Below are positions 1 through 8,343 of a DNA stretch of 13,961 bases, piece by piece. The notes beneath the pieces are model-generated. The model saw only the letters and a list, made by a program, of their open reading frames with translations. It searched no databases and was not told where the DNA came from. The position numbers were made by a program, and so were the translations under genes. Source of the stretch: Bdellovibrionota bacterium FG-2. GTDB taxonomy: Bacteria > Bdellovibrionota > UBA1018. Positions within the stretch are counted from its first letter, which is position 1, and every line of letters starts with the position of its first letter. The DNA is taken from positions 1 to 13,961 of the forward strand of contig JBBCAV010000021.1 of the NCBI GenBank assembly GCA_051382305.1, read 5' to 3'.

Positions 1-99
1 CGATTGAACATTTGAAAACAGAAAATTCACACAAAAACATGTCAACACTTTTTTTATTTTTATGAAAATAAATTAGACGGCTGGCCAATTACGAATTTT

Positions 100-115
100 A
101 TAGCAAGGTTGCTAT
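100..115. promoter_or_regulatory. Palindrome ATAGCAA-GG-TTGCTAT, possible operator
   Basis: Perfect 7-bp inverted repeat with a 2-nt spacer, 7 nt upstream of the GTG at 123. Function is inferred only. Confidence 0.25.
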
Positions 116-122
116 CGATGCA

Positions 123-887
123 GTGGTTGATTCTAGTGTCGACGACGAGATGAAAAAAAGTTTTGATGATTATTGGGAAAAACGAAAAACGTTCCTCACT
201 TATGGCAAACATCCCTTGTTGGATAACAAAAAGATCGAACTTCGCTTGGCCGAAAGGATCGCGGCTTCTGCTTCACTCCTTAAAGAGGATGCGGCGAGCG
301 AGCGTTTCTTAGGTTTGCTGACTCTTTTGTCGAAACGCATCGTGCGCGTCTTGGCTCCTTCAGTGGCGGCTGGAAAAACTCTTGATTCGCCTCAATCTTC
401 TCCGATTATTGAGAATTCGTCTCATCGTTTTAAACCGCTAGAGAAGGCGAGTTTGTTTAATGATAAGTTAGCCGCCGCAGAAGCAGTCGATCGGCTCGCG
501 GAGAAGATCTTGGCGTATGCTCAAAAGCCCGGGTTAGAGTCGATGAGAAAGGGCTGGGCGCTTGAATGTTTTGATATAAAATCTTATGATTTTTCATCTC
601 CTGAGGAAAAACGAGAATACCTTAGAGCGTTTCCTTTGAATGGAAAATGGCGTTCCGCTGCGCAAAAGTTGATTTCCGAAGCCAAAGCCAAGCCCAGCGA
701 CACCTCTTCGAAGCAGCTTGCGATAGTGACCGATTTTATTAAGTTGCGTGAAAAGGCGGAAAAACCTTTTGTTCCTGAGGCGCCTCCCGTTATCGGAGAC
801 GGATCTCCTGAGGCATTGGTGAAATGGTACAACGAGAACTTTGGCGATCCAAAGAAATCTATTCCATCGCCCGTTCCCGAAAAATAG
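123..887 (+). CDS. Hypothetical protein, helical and charged with a Pro-rich C-terminus; start uncertain
   Basis: 254-aa ORF with natural amino-acid composition and no recognised motif. The frame is open back to TAA at 69-71, and an alternative ATG lies at 150. Confidence 0.6.
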   Translation: MVDSSVDDEMKKSFDDYWEKRKTFLTYGKHPLLDNKKIELRLAERIAASASLLKEDAASERFLGLLTLLSKRIVRVLAPSVAAGKTLDSPQSSPIIENSSHRFKPLEKASLFNDKLAAAEAVDRLAEKILAYAQKPGLESMRKGWALECFDIKSYDFSSPEEKREYLRAFPLNGKWRSAAQKLISEAKAKPSDTSSKQLAIVTDFIKLREKAEKPFVPEAPPVIGDGSPEALVKWYNENFGDPKKSIPSPVPEK

Positions 888-965
888 TCTCCTAAAAACA
901 TTCGGGGGAGAGCAGGACACGCTTAGTGCGCGCCCACCCTCCACCGACGTGTGATGGTTTTGTTT

Positions 966-988
966 AGGCTGCGTGAGTTGCGCAGCCT
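966..988. terminator. GC-rich stem-loop between convergent genes
   Basis: AGGCTGCG-tgagttg-CGCAGCCT, a perfect 8-bp stem 6 nt past the stop of the 717-aa gene. No canonical downstream U-tract on either strand. Confidence 0.4.
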
Positions 989-994
989 GCCGGC

Positions 995-3148
995 TTACAG
1001 TTTTCCTGTCAGCGAGAGCTCTTCGCAAAGTTTTTCGTAGGCTTTGCGTCCAGCTGATTTGAACATCCAAATGACGCCAAACCAACGGTTGAAGTTCTTG
1101 CGTGCCGTAAACATCTCTTTGGCTAGGCCATCGTAGGCTTTGCGTGAAGCTTGGTTTTGGGCGTTGGATTTGAATTCTTCCAGCACCTTGCCCAGCATCG
1201 TGGAGCTTGGGTTGTCACGGTAGATTCGAGCGGCCGCAAGCTTATGATAGGCTTGCGTCTCGCTCTTGTTGATACTCACAATGCGAGTGCGAACTTCAGC
1301 CACTCGGTCTTCGCGACTGGTCCCCGCAGGAACCATTCCAGAACCGTTGATGAGTTTGTTGAAGTAGTTCGCAAGGGAGGCATCGGGGTCCTGGGCCCGG
1401 ATAGAAACTTCACGTGAATCCATCATCGCACCTTCCATCGTGATCGTAACCTTGGCCTCTAGAGAGGAGCCGTCGATTAAGAACAGAGGATCGATTCCGG
1501 AGAAGCTTAAGACGGTCTCCGCAGTGTCGCCGTGTGCAATGAACCCTAACTCTTGAACTGCAGCTACTTTGCCGTTGAGTCGGAGCGTCGCCTCGACCTT
1601 ACCCGGGGTGCGAACAGTCGAAACGTTTTGAACAGCCGTGGTGATCTCGCCAGCGCCCTTGGAGACGTCGAGGCGTAAACTGCTTTCGCTCATTTCTACG
1701 AATCTTTGAACCGTTTCAGAGAGGTCATCTTGGAGGCCATTGACGTGAAGAACGAGTTTTGCCTTTTCGCGAGGCTGAAGTCTAGGATCGATTTTTGCGA
1801 CCTGCGTTGCCGTAAATGCGGCACTCTTGAGTCGCGCAATGTTGAAGGTTAAAGTGCTGCCTTCAATCACGTCGCCTGTGAGGTAGGCTTCAAGGGGAGT
1901 TCCAACGCCTCCGATATTTTGTACCGAGAACTTGGCGCTAATGATTTCTCCCGGTTGCAGAATTCCGTCGTTTTCCGCGCCAACGACCGAATCAAAGGAG
2001 ATGCTGAGTTTCGGGTTGTTGAGGTAATCTTGGAAATTTGAGTTGAAGTACCCAGTATAGGCCGAGACGAACGAGTCGCGGAAGCTGAGGGTGGAACTCT
2101 CTTTGAATTTCTTGTTGAATGCGCCAACAAGTCCGGTGTTTGCGGCCAAGCGCTTACCGACTTGTGTGCCGACCATTTCGCCAGCGAGCTGGCCCATGTC
2201 GATATTTTCGTTAAACGTCTTAGCGAAGTAGTAATTCACGTACCAAGCGTAAGAGTTTTTGAATGCCGACAAGAAGATCGTCTTGAGATCAACTTGTTTT
2301 CCAGCCAATTGATCGTTGGTGGGTTGGCCTGTGGCAGGGTCAATGAGAAGAGGAGGATTGTTGAGGTTGTCAAACTTTGGGCGAGTGTCGATGGGGCGCT
2401 CGTTCCAGACCTTGAAGGCGAGGTCTTTGTCATACCATTTCGCCTTTTCAAAAACGTACGTTCCGTCTGAGAACCAAAGATCCCAAGCGTTGAGAGGCTG
2501 TTTTTCGCCTAAATAGAGCGCGTCCCAGTCATCGTAAACTTTAAGTTGTCCGACATCGATATCTTTTTTCATGATTTCATCAGCGGTGGGAACCGAGCCG
2601 ACATATTTTTGATAGCCGTTGTCTTCGCCTTCATAAGAAGTTTCAGGGATGCGAACCGTGGCGTCTGGATTTTTTCCGGTATCGACGACTGAGGTAAAGC
2701 GAGAGATCGCATCAGATTTTCCGCGAGTTGCTCCTTGTGAGGTGCCTGCTTGCTGGCCCGCTTGAATGCCCGCGGCCATGTACTGGCCCATTCCGTCGAC
2801 GAGCTTTTCGCCGGCTTTCATTTCGGTCGCATCGTTTTGGTAGGCCTTGGTCATCTTATAAAGACCCCAAGAAAAGCCGCGAAGGTAGCCTTCGATGCGG
2901 CCGTTTCCACCGGCAAAGCGGGTAGCCATGCGCTCAGCTTCATCGCGGCCGAATTCGCAAGCGGCGTATTGGCGTGCGGTGGCGTTGAGGTATTGATCGC
3001 ACTCGGCGTATTTAGCGGGTTTTTGGTTATTGAAGTTCACATCAACAGCGGGGCCGTCGTAGTGGGCCGCAAAAGCAGTGGCGCTTAAGCTTAGACTGCT
3101 GATGAGAAACGAATGAGTTATTTTCGAAAAGACTTTCGAGGATTTCAT
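995..3148 (-). CDS. Large secreted hypothetical protein with probable Ig-like/beta-sandwich domains in the C-terminal half
   Basis: 717-aa ORF; Sec signal ending in SATAFA; RBS AAGGAG at 3158-3163; GxxxG-periodic helical segments; NDGILQPGE followed by alternating beta-strand patterns. Confidence 0.85.
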   Translation of the reverse strand: MKSSKVFSKITHSFLISSLSLSATAFAAHYDGPAVDVNFNNQKPAKYAECDQYLNATARQYAACEFGRDEAERMATRFAGGNGRIEGYLRGFSWGLYKMTKAYQNDATEMKAGEKLVDGMGQYMAAGIQAGQQAGTSQGATRGKSDAISRFTSVVDTGKNPDATVRIPETSYEGEDNGYQKYVGSVPTADEIMKKDIDVGQLKVYDDWDALYLGEKQPLNAWDLWFSDGTYVFEKAKWYDKDLAFKVWNERPIDTRPKFDNLNNPPLLIDPATGQPTNDQLAGKQVDLKTIFLSAFKNSYAWYVNYYFAKTFNENIDMGQLAGEMVGTQVGKRLAANTGLVGAFNKKFKESSTLSFRDSFVSAYTGYFNSNFQDYLNNPKLSISFDSVVGAENDGILQPGEIISAKFSVQNIGGVGTPLEAYLTGDVIEGSTLTFNIARLKSAAFTATQVAKIDPRLQPREKAKLVLHVNGLQDDLSETVQRFVEMSESSLRLDVSKGAGEITTAVQNVSTVRTPGKVEATLRLNGKVAAVQELGFIAHGDTAETVLSFSGIDPLFLIDGSSLEAKVTITMEGAMMDSREVSIRAQDPDASLANYFNKLINGSGMVPAGTSREDRVAEVRTRIVSINKSETQAYHKLAAARIYRDNPSSTMLGKVLEEFKSNAQNQASRKAYDGLAKEMFTARKNFNRWFGVIWMFKSAGRKAYEKLCEELSLTGKL

Positions 3149-3273
3149 GAAAGGGGGCTCCTTATTGAATAAATTTTACAGTCGTTAATTTGACGCACTA
3201 TTTAATGTTTCTGACTTGTCGTGTCAAGAGCGTATCTCCGAAAAATCCATTTACCGAGATGTTTAAGGCATTG

Positions 3274-3290
3274 AGCAGAATTCATGCCAG
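3274..3290 (-). promoter_or_regulatory. Sigma-54 (-24/-12) promoter for the 717-aa gene
   Basis: Minus strand reads CTGGCATG-AATT-CTGCT, i.e. GG-N10-GC, close to consensus TGGCACG-N4-TTGCW. It is intergenic and correctly oriented. Confidence 0.6.
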
Positions 3291-3304
3291 CTCGCTTCGG
3301 TCGC

Positions 3305-3317
3305 TAAGTGGATGAAA
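3305..3317 (-). promoter_or_regulatory. Possible IHF site upstream of the sigma-54 promoter
   Basis: TTTCAT-CCAC-TTA, a partial match to WATCAR-N4-TTR, just upstream of the -24 box where IHF sites commonly lie. Confidence 0.25.
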
Positions 3318-3453
3318 CTATGGGATCTTGTAATTGATTAGGTGTTTCTATTTACAGTGAGCTGGGGTCGTAAGAATTCCACTGAGGTCAGTTTGACTCC
3401 AGGCTGCTGGTTTCAACTTGTCTTTTATGTGGGGCGCAAGGATATTCCCCCCA

Positions 3454-5094
3454 ATGCGTTTACGGCTCGCTTTGAGTATCATCATTATAATATCGGTAGC
3501 TTTAGCGTGCGCGGGTTGTTTGTCGCAACCGTCGTATACATCGCATTCAAATATGAATGTCTTTTTTCTTCGTCTTGCAGGCGAGCCCACCGCACTCAAC
3601 CCATTGGTTGCGGTGGATGGCCTGTCTCGTCCGGTGCATGCGTATGTTTTGGATTCGCTCCTGGCTCGAAACGAGAACACCAATGAGTGGGAGTCCGCGC
3701 TCGCCGAGTCATGGAGTGTTTCAGCAGATGCTCGCCGGTTCACATTCAAACTTCGTCGAGATGTTCACTTTCACGATGGGTTCCCGCTGACTTCTCGTGA
3801 CGTGAAATTTAGTTTTGATGTGATTTTTGATTCAAGATTTCCGACGGCTCATTTGCGCGCCTATTATGAAGGCTTTGACAAGGTGGAGGCGTTGGATCCT
3901 TTAACGGTGCGTTTTACTGCAAAAGAGCGCTATTTTAGGAATTTTGAGTCAGCGGCTCTTATGACGATCTTGCCCCAGCATCTCTATGGGGATCCGGTTA
4001 AACCGCTTGCCACGGCTCACGCGCTGGTGGGCACCGGGCCCTATCAGGTGCAATCCTACGAGTTCGGTCAGGGGATCACGCTCAAGAAGTTCCAAAATTG
4101 GTGGGGTGCAAACGATCCACAGTTTGTGGGACGTTTTAATTTCGCGCAGATTCAGTTTCGATTCGTGCGAGATGAAAATCTCGCTTTAGAAATGCTCAAA
4201 AAGGGGGAATTGGATTACCTACCTTTGAGTGCTGAAAACTATTTTGAAAAAACTAAGACTCCGGAATGGGGGATCAAAGTTTTTGGCGTGAAAGCAAAAA
4301 ACCTATCGCCCAAGGGTTTTGGCTACGTGGGTTGGAATCAAAAGAACCCTCTTTTTCAAGATAAGAGAGTTCGTCGGGCCTTGTACCATCTGCTTAATCG
4401 TCAACTCATGATTGAGAAGTTTCGATATGGCGCTTCACGTCCTGCCACGGGGCCTTGGTATCAGCAAAGTCCTTTTGCCTCGCCTAAAGTAAAACCCATG
4501 GAATTTGATCCCTCGAAGGCCTTGCGACTTCTTCGTGAGGCCGGCTGGGACGACCGCAATCATGACGGCGTACTTGAAAAAAAACTTGACGGAGTAGAGC
4601 GCAGCTTCGAGTTTACGATCTTGCTCCCCAATTCCGACTCCTTGAAATATTTTACAATTTATCAAGAAGACGCCAAAAAGGTGGGCTTGCGAATCAATCT
4701 CAAAGTACTCGAATGGAGCAGTTTGATGAAGCTCGTGGAAAGCCGCAGTTTTGATGCGCTGGCGATGGCTTGGCGTGCCGGCTCGGCCGACATTGACCCT
4801 AAGCAAGTGTGGCACTCAACCAGTGCGGGCGCCGGAGGCTCAAACTACGTGGGTTATCGTAACCCGCGCGTTGATGCTTTGATTGACAAAGCACGCGGTA
4901 TGCTTGAGGCGCGTGCACGCTTGCCGTTGTTACAAAAGGTCTACGAACTTATTGCGTCTGATGTTCCTTACGCGTTTTTGTTTAATGACGAGTTTGAGTT
5001 CTATGCTCATTCTGCAAGAGTGCATAAGCCTCAAGTGACGTTAAAGTATGGCCTCGGCATTGACACTTGGTCGTTTAAGCGGGGAGCGCCCTGA
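3454..5094 (+). CDS. Peptide ABC transporter substrate-binding lipoprotein (SBP family 5, OppA/AppA-like)
   Basis: Lipobox LACAGC; family-5 signature LAESWSVSADARRFTFKLRRDVHFHDG..T..DVKFS; VGTGPY; LFQDKRVRRAL. ATG 3454 follows AAGGA, although the ORF is open from TTG 3418. Confidence 0.93.
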   Translation: MRLRLALSIIIIISVALACAGCLSQPSYTSHSNMNVFFLRLAGEPTALNPLVAVDGLSRPVHAYVLDSLLARNENTNEWESALAESWSVSADARRFTFKLRRDVHFHDGFPLTSRDVKFSFDVIFDSRFPTAHLRAYYEGFDKVEALDPLTVRFTAKERYFRNFESAALMTILPQHLYGDPVKPLATAHALVGTGPYQVQSYEFGQGITLKKFQNWWGANDPQFVGRFNFAQIQFRFVRDENLALEMLKKGELDYLPLSAENYFEKTKTPEWGIKVFGVKAKNLSPKGFGYVGWNQKNPLFQDKRVRRALYHLLNRQLMIEKFRYGASRPATGPWYQQSPFASPKVKPMEFDPSKALRLLREAGWDDRNHDGVLEKKLDGVERSFEFTILLPNSDSLKYFTIYQEDAKKVGLRINLKVLEWSSLMKLVESRSFDALAMAWRAGSADIDPKQVWHSTSAGAGGSNYVGYRNPRVDALIDKARGMLEARARLPLLQKVYELIASDVPYAFLFNDEFEFYAHSARVHKPQVTLKYGLGIDTWSFKRGAP

Positions 5095-5096
5095 GG

Positions 5097-6095
5097 ATGT
5101 GGAATTTCCTCGGGAAACGCCTCTTACTTATGCTCCCCACCCTTTGGGGGATTTCTCTTTTGGGATTCTTCTTGATCAACTGGGCGCCCGGAAGTCCCGT
5201 GGAGATGGCTTTGCGCCATGGGCTTCACGAGCTGGTTTCTGATTCGGCGGTGTCTCACGGCGTGCGCTTCGCAGTTGAGAAGCAGTATGGGTTGGATCGC
5301 CCGCTGGTCGCTCGCTATGGGATTTGGTTGAGAAGTTTTCTCACGTTGGATTTTGGGCAGAGTTTTTCTTACCAAAGACCGGTGCTCGCGGTGATTGCGG
5401 AGAAACTCCCCGTATCAATGCAACTGGGGGGGCTTTCCTTTATACTGGCCTATTTGTTTGCGATCCCGCTGGGAATCCTGATGGCTATTAAGCGCGATCG
5501 TCTATTTGATACAGGAGCAAGTCTAGTCCTTTGGGGGATTTACTGTCTCCCTCCGTTAATGATGGCGCTGTTGATGTTGGTTTTCTTGGCCGGAGGGAGT
5601 TTCGTGAATCTTTTCCCCTTGGGCGGCCTGATTTCAGATTACTACTCCACGCTTTCGTCCACCCAAAAGTTGTTGGACCGTTTGTGGCATCTCGTTTTGC
5701 CTTTGAGTTGTTATACGGCAGGCTCTTTTGTGACGCTTACCTTTGTAGTGCGAGGTTCTGTTTTGGATGAAATCAAGAAGGACTACATCGCCACCGCGCG
5801 TGCAAAGGGTTTAAGTGAAAAACGTGTCGTGCTAGCGCATGCGTTTCGAAACGCTCTCATACCCGTTGTGACGGGATTGGGCTCTTATTTGAGCGCTTTT
5901 TTCGCGGGCTCTATTCTGGTCGAAACCATTTTTGGCCTCGAAGGGGTGGGGCTCATGAGTTATAATGCGGTTTTGGCGCGTGATTATCCGCTCATCATGG
6001 GATCGCTGATGATTCAGAGTGTTTTGTTTTTGCTTGGGAATTTATTGAGTGATCTTCTCTACGGGCTTGTTGACCCGAGGGTGGATTTTTTATGA
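5097..6095 (+). CDS. Peptide ABC transporter permease (OppB/DppB/YejB-like)
   Basis: Hydrophobic helices; YGLDRP, LDFGQS, EAA loop DYIATARAKGL, VETIFGLEGVG, C-terminal LLYGLVDPRV. Starts 2 nt after the SBP stop. Confidence 0.93.
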   Translation: MWNFLGKRLLLMLPTLWGISLLGFFLINWAPGSPVEMALRHGLHELVSDSAVSHGVRFAVEKQYGLDRPLVARYGIWLRSFLTLDFGQSFSYQRPVLAVIAEKLPVSMQLGGLSFILAYLFAIPLGILMAIKRDRLFDTGASLVLWGIYCLPPLMMALLMLVFLAGGSFVNLFPLGGLISDYYSTLSSTQKLLDRLWHLVLPLSCYTAGSFVTLTFVVRGSVLDEIKKDYIATARAKGLSEKRVVLAHAFRNALIPVVTGLGSYLSAFFAGSILVETIFGLEGVGLMSYNAVLARDYPLIMGSLMIQSVLFLLGNLLSDLLYGLVDPRVDFL

Positions 6096-7090
6096 AGTGG
6101 CCGGAGGGTGTGAAGAAATTTTGGCGCGAAAAGCGCGCTCGAGTAGCGCTCGTGTCTTTTTTGATTCTCGTTTTTTTCGGAGCCACGGCGGAGCTTTGGT
6201 CCAACAGCAGACCGCTGGTGTTAGATTATCATTCTGAGATATTTTTTCCCGTCTTAAACGAAATTCCCCCAGCGCGTCTCGGGATTGCAAATCGTGTGGT
6301 GCTGGATTATCGCGCTCTAAATTTGGGTGAAAAAGATTGGGCTATTTGGCCTTTCAATGCCTGGGACCCTTTTGAGAGCAATTCCCAAGTTCAGCGATAT
6401 CCTTCGGGGCCTTCGCGGCTGAACTTTTTGGGAACCGATGATCGTGGGCGTGACTTATTGGCCCGCTTGCTCTATGGATTCAGAACAAGTTTGGCATATG
6501 CCGGGCTGGTTTGGATAATTGTGGTTTTGATGGGCGTGAGCGCAGGCGCAAAGATGGGCTTCTTTGGGGGGAAGATTGATTTTTTTGGCGGGCGCGTGAT
6601 CGAAGTGTTTCATAGCGTGCCGCTGTTTTTTGTTTTGATTATTTTTTCTGCTTTTCTCGAACCGTCTCTTTTCGGACTTGCCTTTTTGACTGGCGCGCTG
6701 AGCTGGATTGGGCTTAGTTATTATGTTCGCGCAGAAGTTTTGAAAAATCGCAAGATGCCCTACGTCGAAGCGGCGCATTCCGCGGGGGCGGGACCTTGGC
6801 GTGTACTTTTCTACCACGTGCTACCGAATTCTTTAGGCCCAGTCATCACGCTATCACCGTTGATACTTTCGACCCATATTTTGGGTCTGGCGGCGCTTGA
6901 TTTCTTGGGTTTTGGTTTAGCGCCCCCTACGCCGAGTTGGGGCGAGCTTTTGAATCAAGCTCAAAAACATTTTACCACTGCGTGGTGGTTGGGCGTCTTC
7001 CCATCCCTTGCATTGTTCGTGACGTTGGCGCTCTTGGCGATGATTGGTGATGGAGTCAGAAGGGCGCGGGAGCCAGGATCAAGGAAGTAG
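6092..7090 (+). CDS. Peptide ABC transporter permease (OppC/DppC, with YejE-like periplasmic insert)
   Basis: LGTDDRGRDLLARLLYGFR, YVEAAHSAGA (EAA motif), LDFLGFG..PPTPSWGELL; ATGA overlap with the previous gene. Confidence 0.93.
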   Translation: MKWPEGVKKFWREKRARVALVSFLILVFFGATAELWSNSRPLVLDYHSEIFFPVLNEIPPARLGIANRVVLDYRALNLGEKDWAIWPFNAWDPFESNSQVQRYPSGPSRLNFLGTDDRGRDLLARLLYGFRTSLAYAGLVWIIVVLMGVSAGAKMGFFGGKIDFFGGRVIEVFHSVPLFFVLIIFSAFLEPSLFGLAFLTGALSWIGLSYYVRAEVLKNRKMPYVEAAHSAGAGPWRVLFYHVLPNSLGPVITLSPLILSTHILGLAALDFLGFGLAPPTPSWGELLNQAQKHFTTAWWLGVFPSLALFVTLALLAMIGDGVRRAREPGSRK

Positions 7091-8176
7091 CGCTGGGACC
7101 TTTTTAGGGACAAAAATGACAGTGGAATAGGCTCGATCCTTGAGCATTTGGAGGAACGAGTCCATCACTAACACGTCTTGTTCATGAATGTCGTGAAACA
7201 GAATGATTCCTCTTTGCCCCTGATCTAGAATCATTGTGAGTCTTTTCAGAAGTTCAGCTGGATCCCGGAGTTTCCAATCCAATGAGTCCATATTCCAAAG
7301 GAAACTGACCAGTCCCTGGTCGGTTACATGCTTTAGAAGGACCTCGTTTCTGGCGCCATAGGGGAATCTGAAAAATGGAAAACTTTCGCCAATAGCGGCC
7401 TCGACCGCTTGGCGGCCCCGGTCAATCTGAGAAAATGCTGCCGGTAAATCAGTTTGTGCGAGCACAGGGAGGCTGGGGTGGTCCCAGGAATGAGAACCGA
7501 TAGAATGACCTTGAGACAGGACTTCACGAGAAACCTCGGGTCGAGCGTGGGCCTGAAAACCCACTTCAAAGAAAGTGGCGCGAATTCCCCAGCTCTTAAA
7601 GATTTCAAGGATTTGATGGGTTCGCGTGGGATGAGGGCCGTCATCAAGCGTAATCGCAATCTCGTGATTTTTAAGGCCGCCATTTGAGATATTTGAGCGA
7701 GAGGTGGCGGGGTCAATCTCTTTTTCAAGGCTCGGAAGCCGGTGCGCGTCGGGACCTGTGGGTTGTTCAGGTGAAGCACTGAGTCTCATGCCGTTTTCTG
7801 AGGCATGGAATTTATTCCAGTGTGATTGCAATTTGCGCCAAAGTTCTTCAGTGCACGGAATGCGTTCTTGGTTCAATGGAGATTCAAGTTCGTTTTCAAA
7901 AAGGGCAAGATCTTGAGGGGAGAGGGCAAGAAGGGCTCCACATAGTTCGGCGGGAGAATTTGAATGATTGCGAAGGTCTTCAAATATATTCCGAGGAGTT
8001 AGGCCACTGGATTCCCACTCGCTTAAGCTTTGAGCGTTTGCATTTGCAGAAAGGCTCGCGCGCACGGCCAGGGTGTAAGGAGTTTCAGTCGCAAGAGAGC
8101 TTGCGCTGCCAGGCGTTAGTCCCAAGGCTATCCAAAAGACGGGAATGAAAACTAAGGATCCGAAAATGAGTTTCAC
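7079..8176 (-). CDS. Secreted polysaccharide/peptidoglycan N-deacetylase (CE4, NodB domain)
   Basis: All five CE4 motifs are present: TLDDGP, HSWDH, RFPYG, DSLDW, LFHD. N-terminal signal and about 140-aa extension; GTG start with a purine-rich RBS. Confidence 0.92.
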   Translation of the reverse strand: MKLIFGSLVFIPVFWIALGLTPGSASSLATETPYTLAVRASLSANANAQSLSEWESSGLTPRNIFEDLRNHSNSPAELCGALLALSPQDLALFENELESPLNQERIPCTEELWRKLQSHWNKFHASENGMRLSASPEQPTGPDAHRLPSLEKEIDPATSRSNISNGGLKNHEIAITLDDGPHPTRTHQILEIFKSWGIRATFFEVGFQAHARPEVSREVLSQGHSIGSHSWDHPSLPVLAQTDLPAAFSQIDRGRQAVEAAIGESFPFFRFPYGARNEVLLKHVTDQGLVSFLWNMDSLDWKLRDPAELLKRLTMILDQGQRGIILFHDIHEQDVLVMDSFLQMLKDRAYSTVIFVPKKVPALLP

Positions 8177-8208
8177 GTTTGAAACTTCCCCCTTCGCGCG
8201 GGAGTTGT

Positions 8209-8226
8209 TTGCAAGAATATGACCTA
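8209..8226 (-). promoter_or_regulatory. Candidate sigma-54 promoter for the deacetylase
   Basis: Minus strand TAGGTCATATTCTTGCAA gives GG-N10-GC with a perfect TTGCA -12 box but a degenerate -24 box, about 35 nt upstream of the GTG. Confidence 0.35.
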
Positions 8227-8343
8227 AGTATCAAAAATTAGCTGTCTCAATCGCGTCATTCGATTTCCCTTCCCAGCGCGGAGTTTCCAAGCGTCAGGTT
8301 CGCGCCGGCCAATTTCGCTCCCTGCCCATACCCTGGAGGAAAA

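Noticed and set aside
888..911. TCTCC..GGAGA hairpin after the first ORF as a terminator
   Set aside because: Short stem, large loop and no U-tract.
584..1085. Minus-strand ORFs 584..901 and 594..1085
   Set aside because: Antisense or out-of-frame shadows of better ORFs, with no motifs.
3429..3453. GGGG/CCCC hairpin around the SBP ribosome-binding site as a riboswitch or thermometer
   Set aside because: Only 4-5 bp with a large loop, and no recognisable aptamer.
3342..3790. ORFs 3342..3686, 3348..3749 and 3557..3790
   Set aside because: They overlap the clear SBP gene and have atypical composition.
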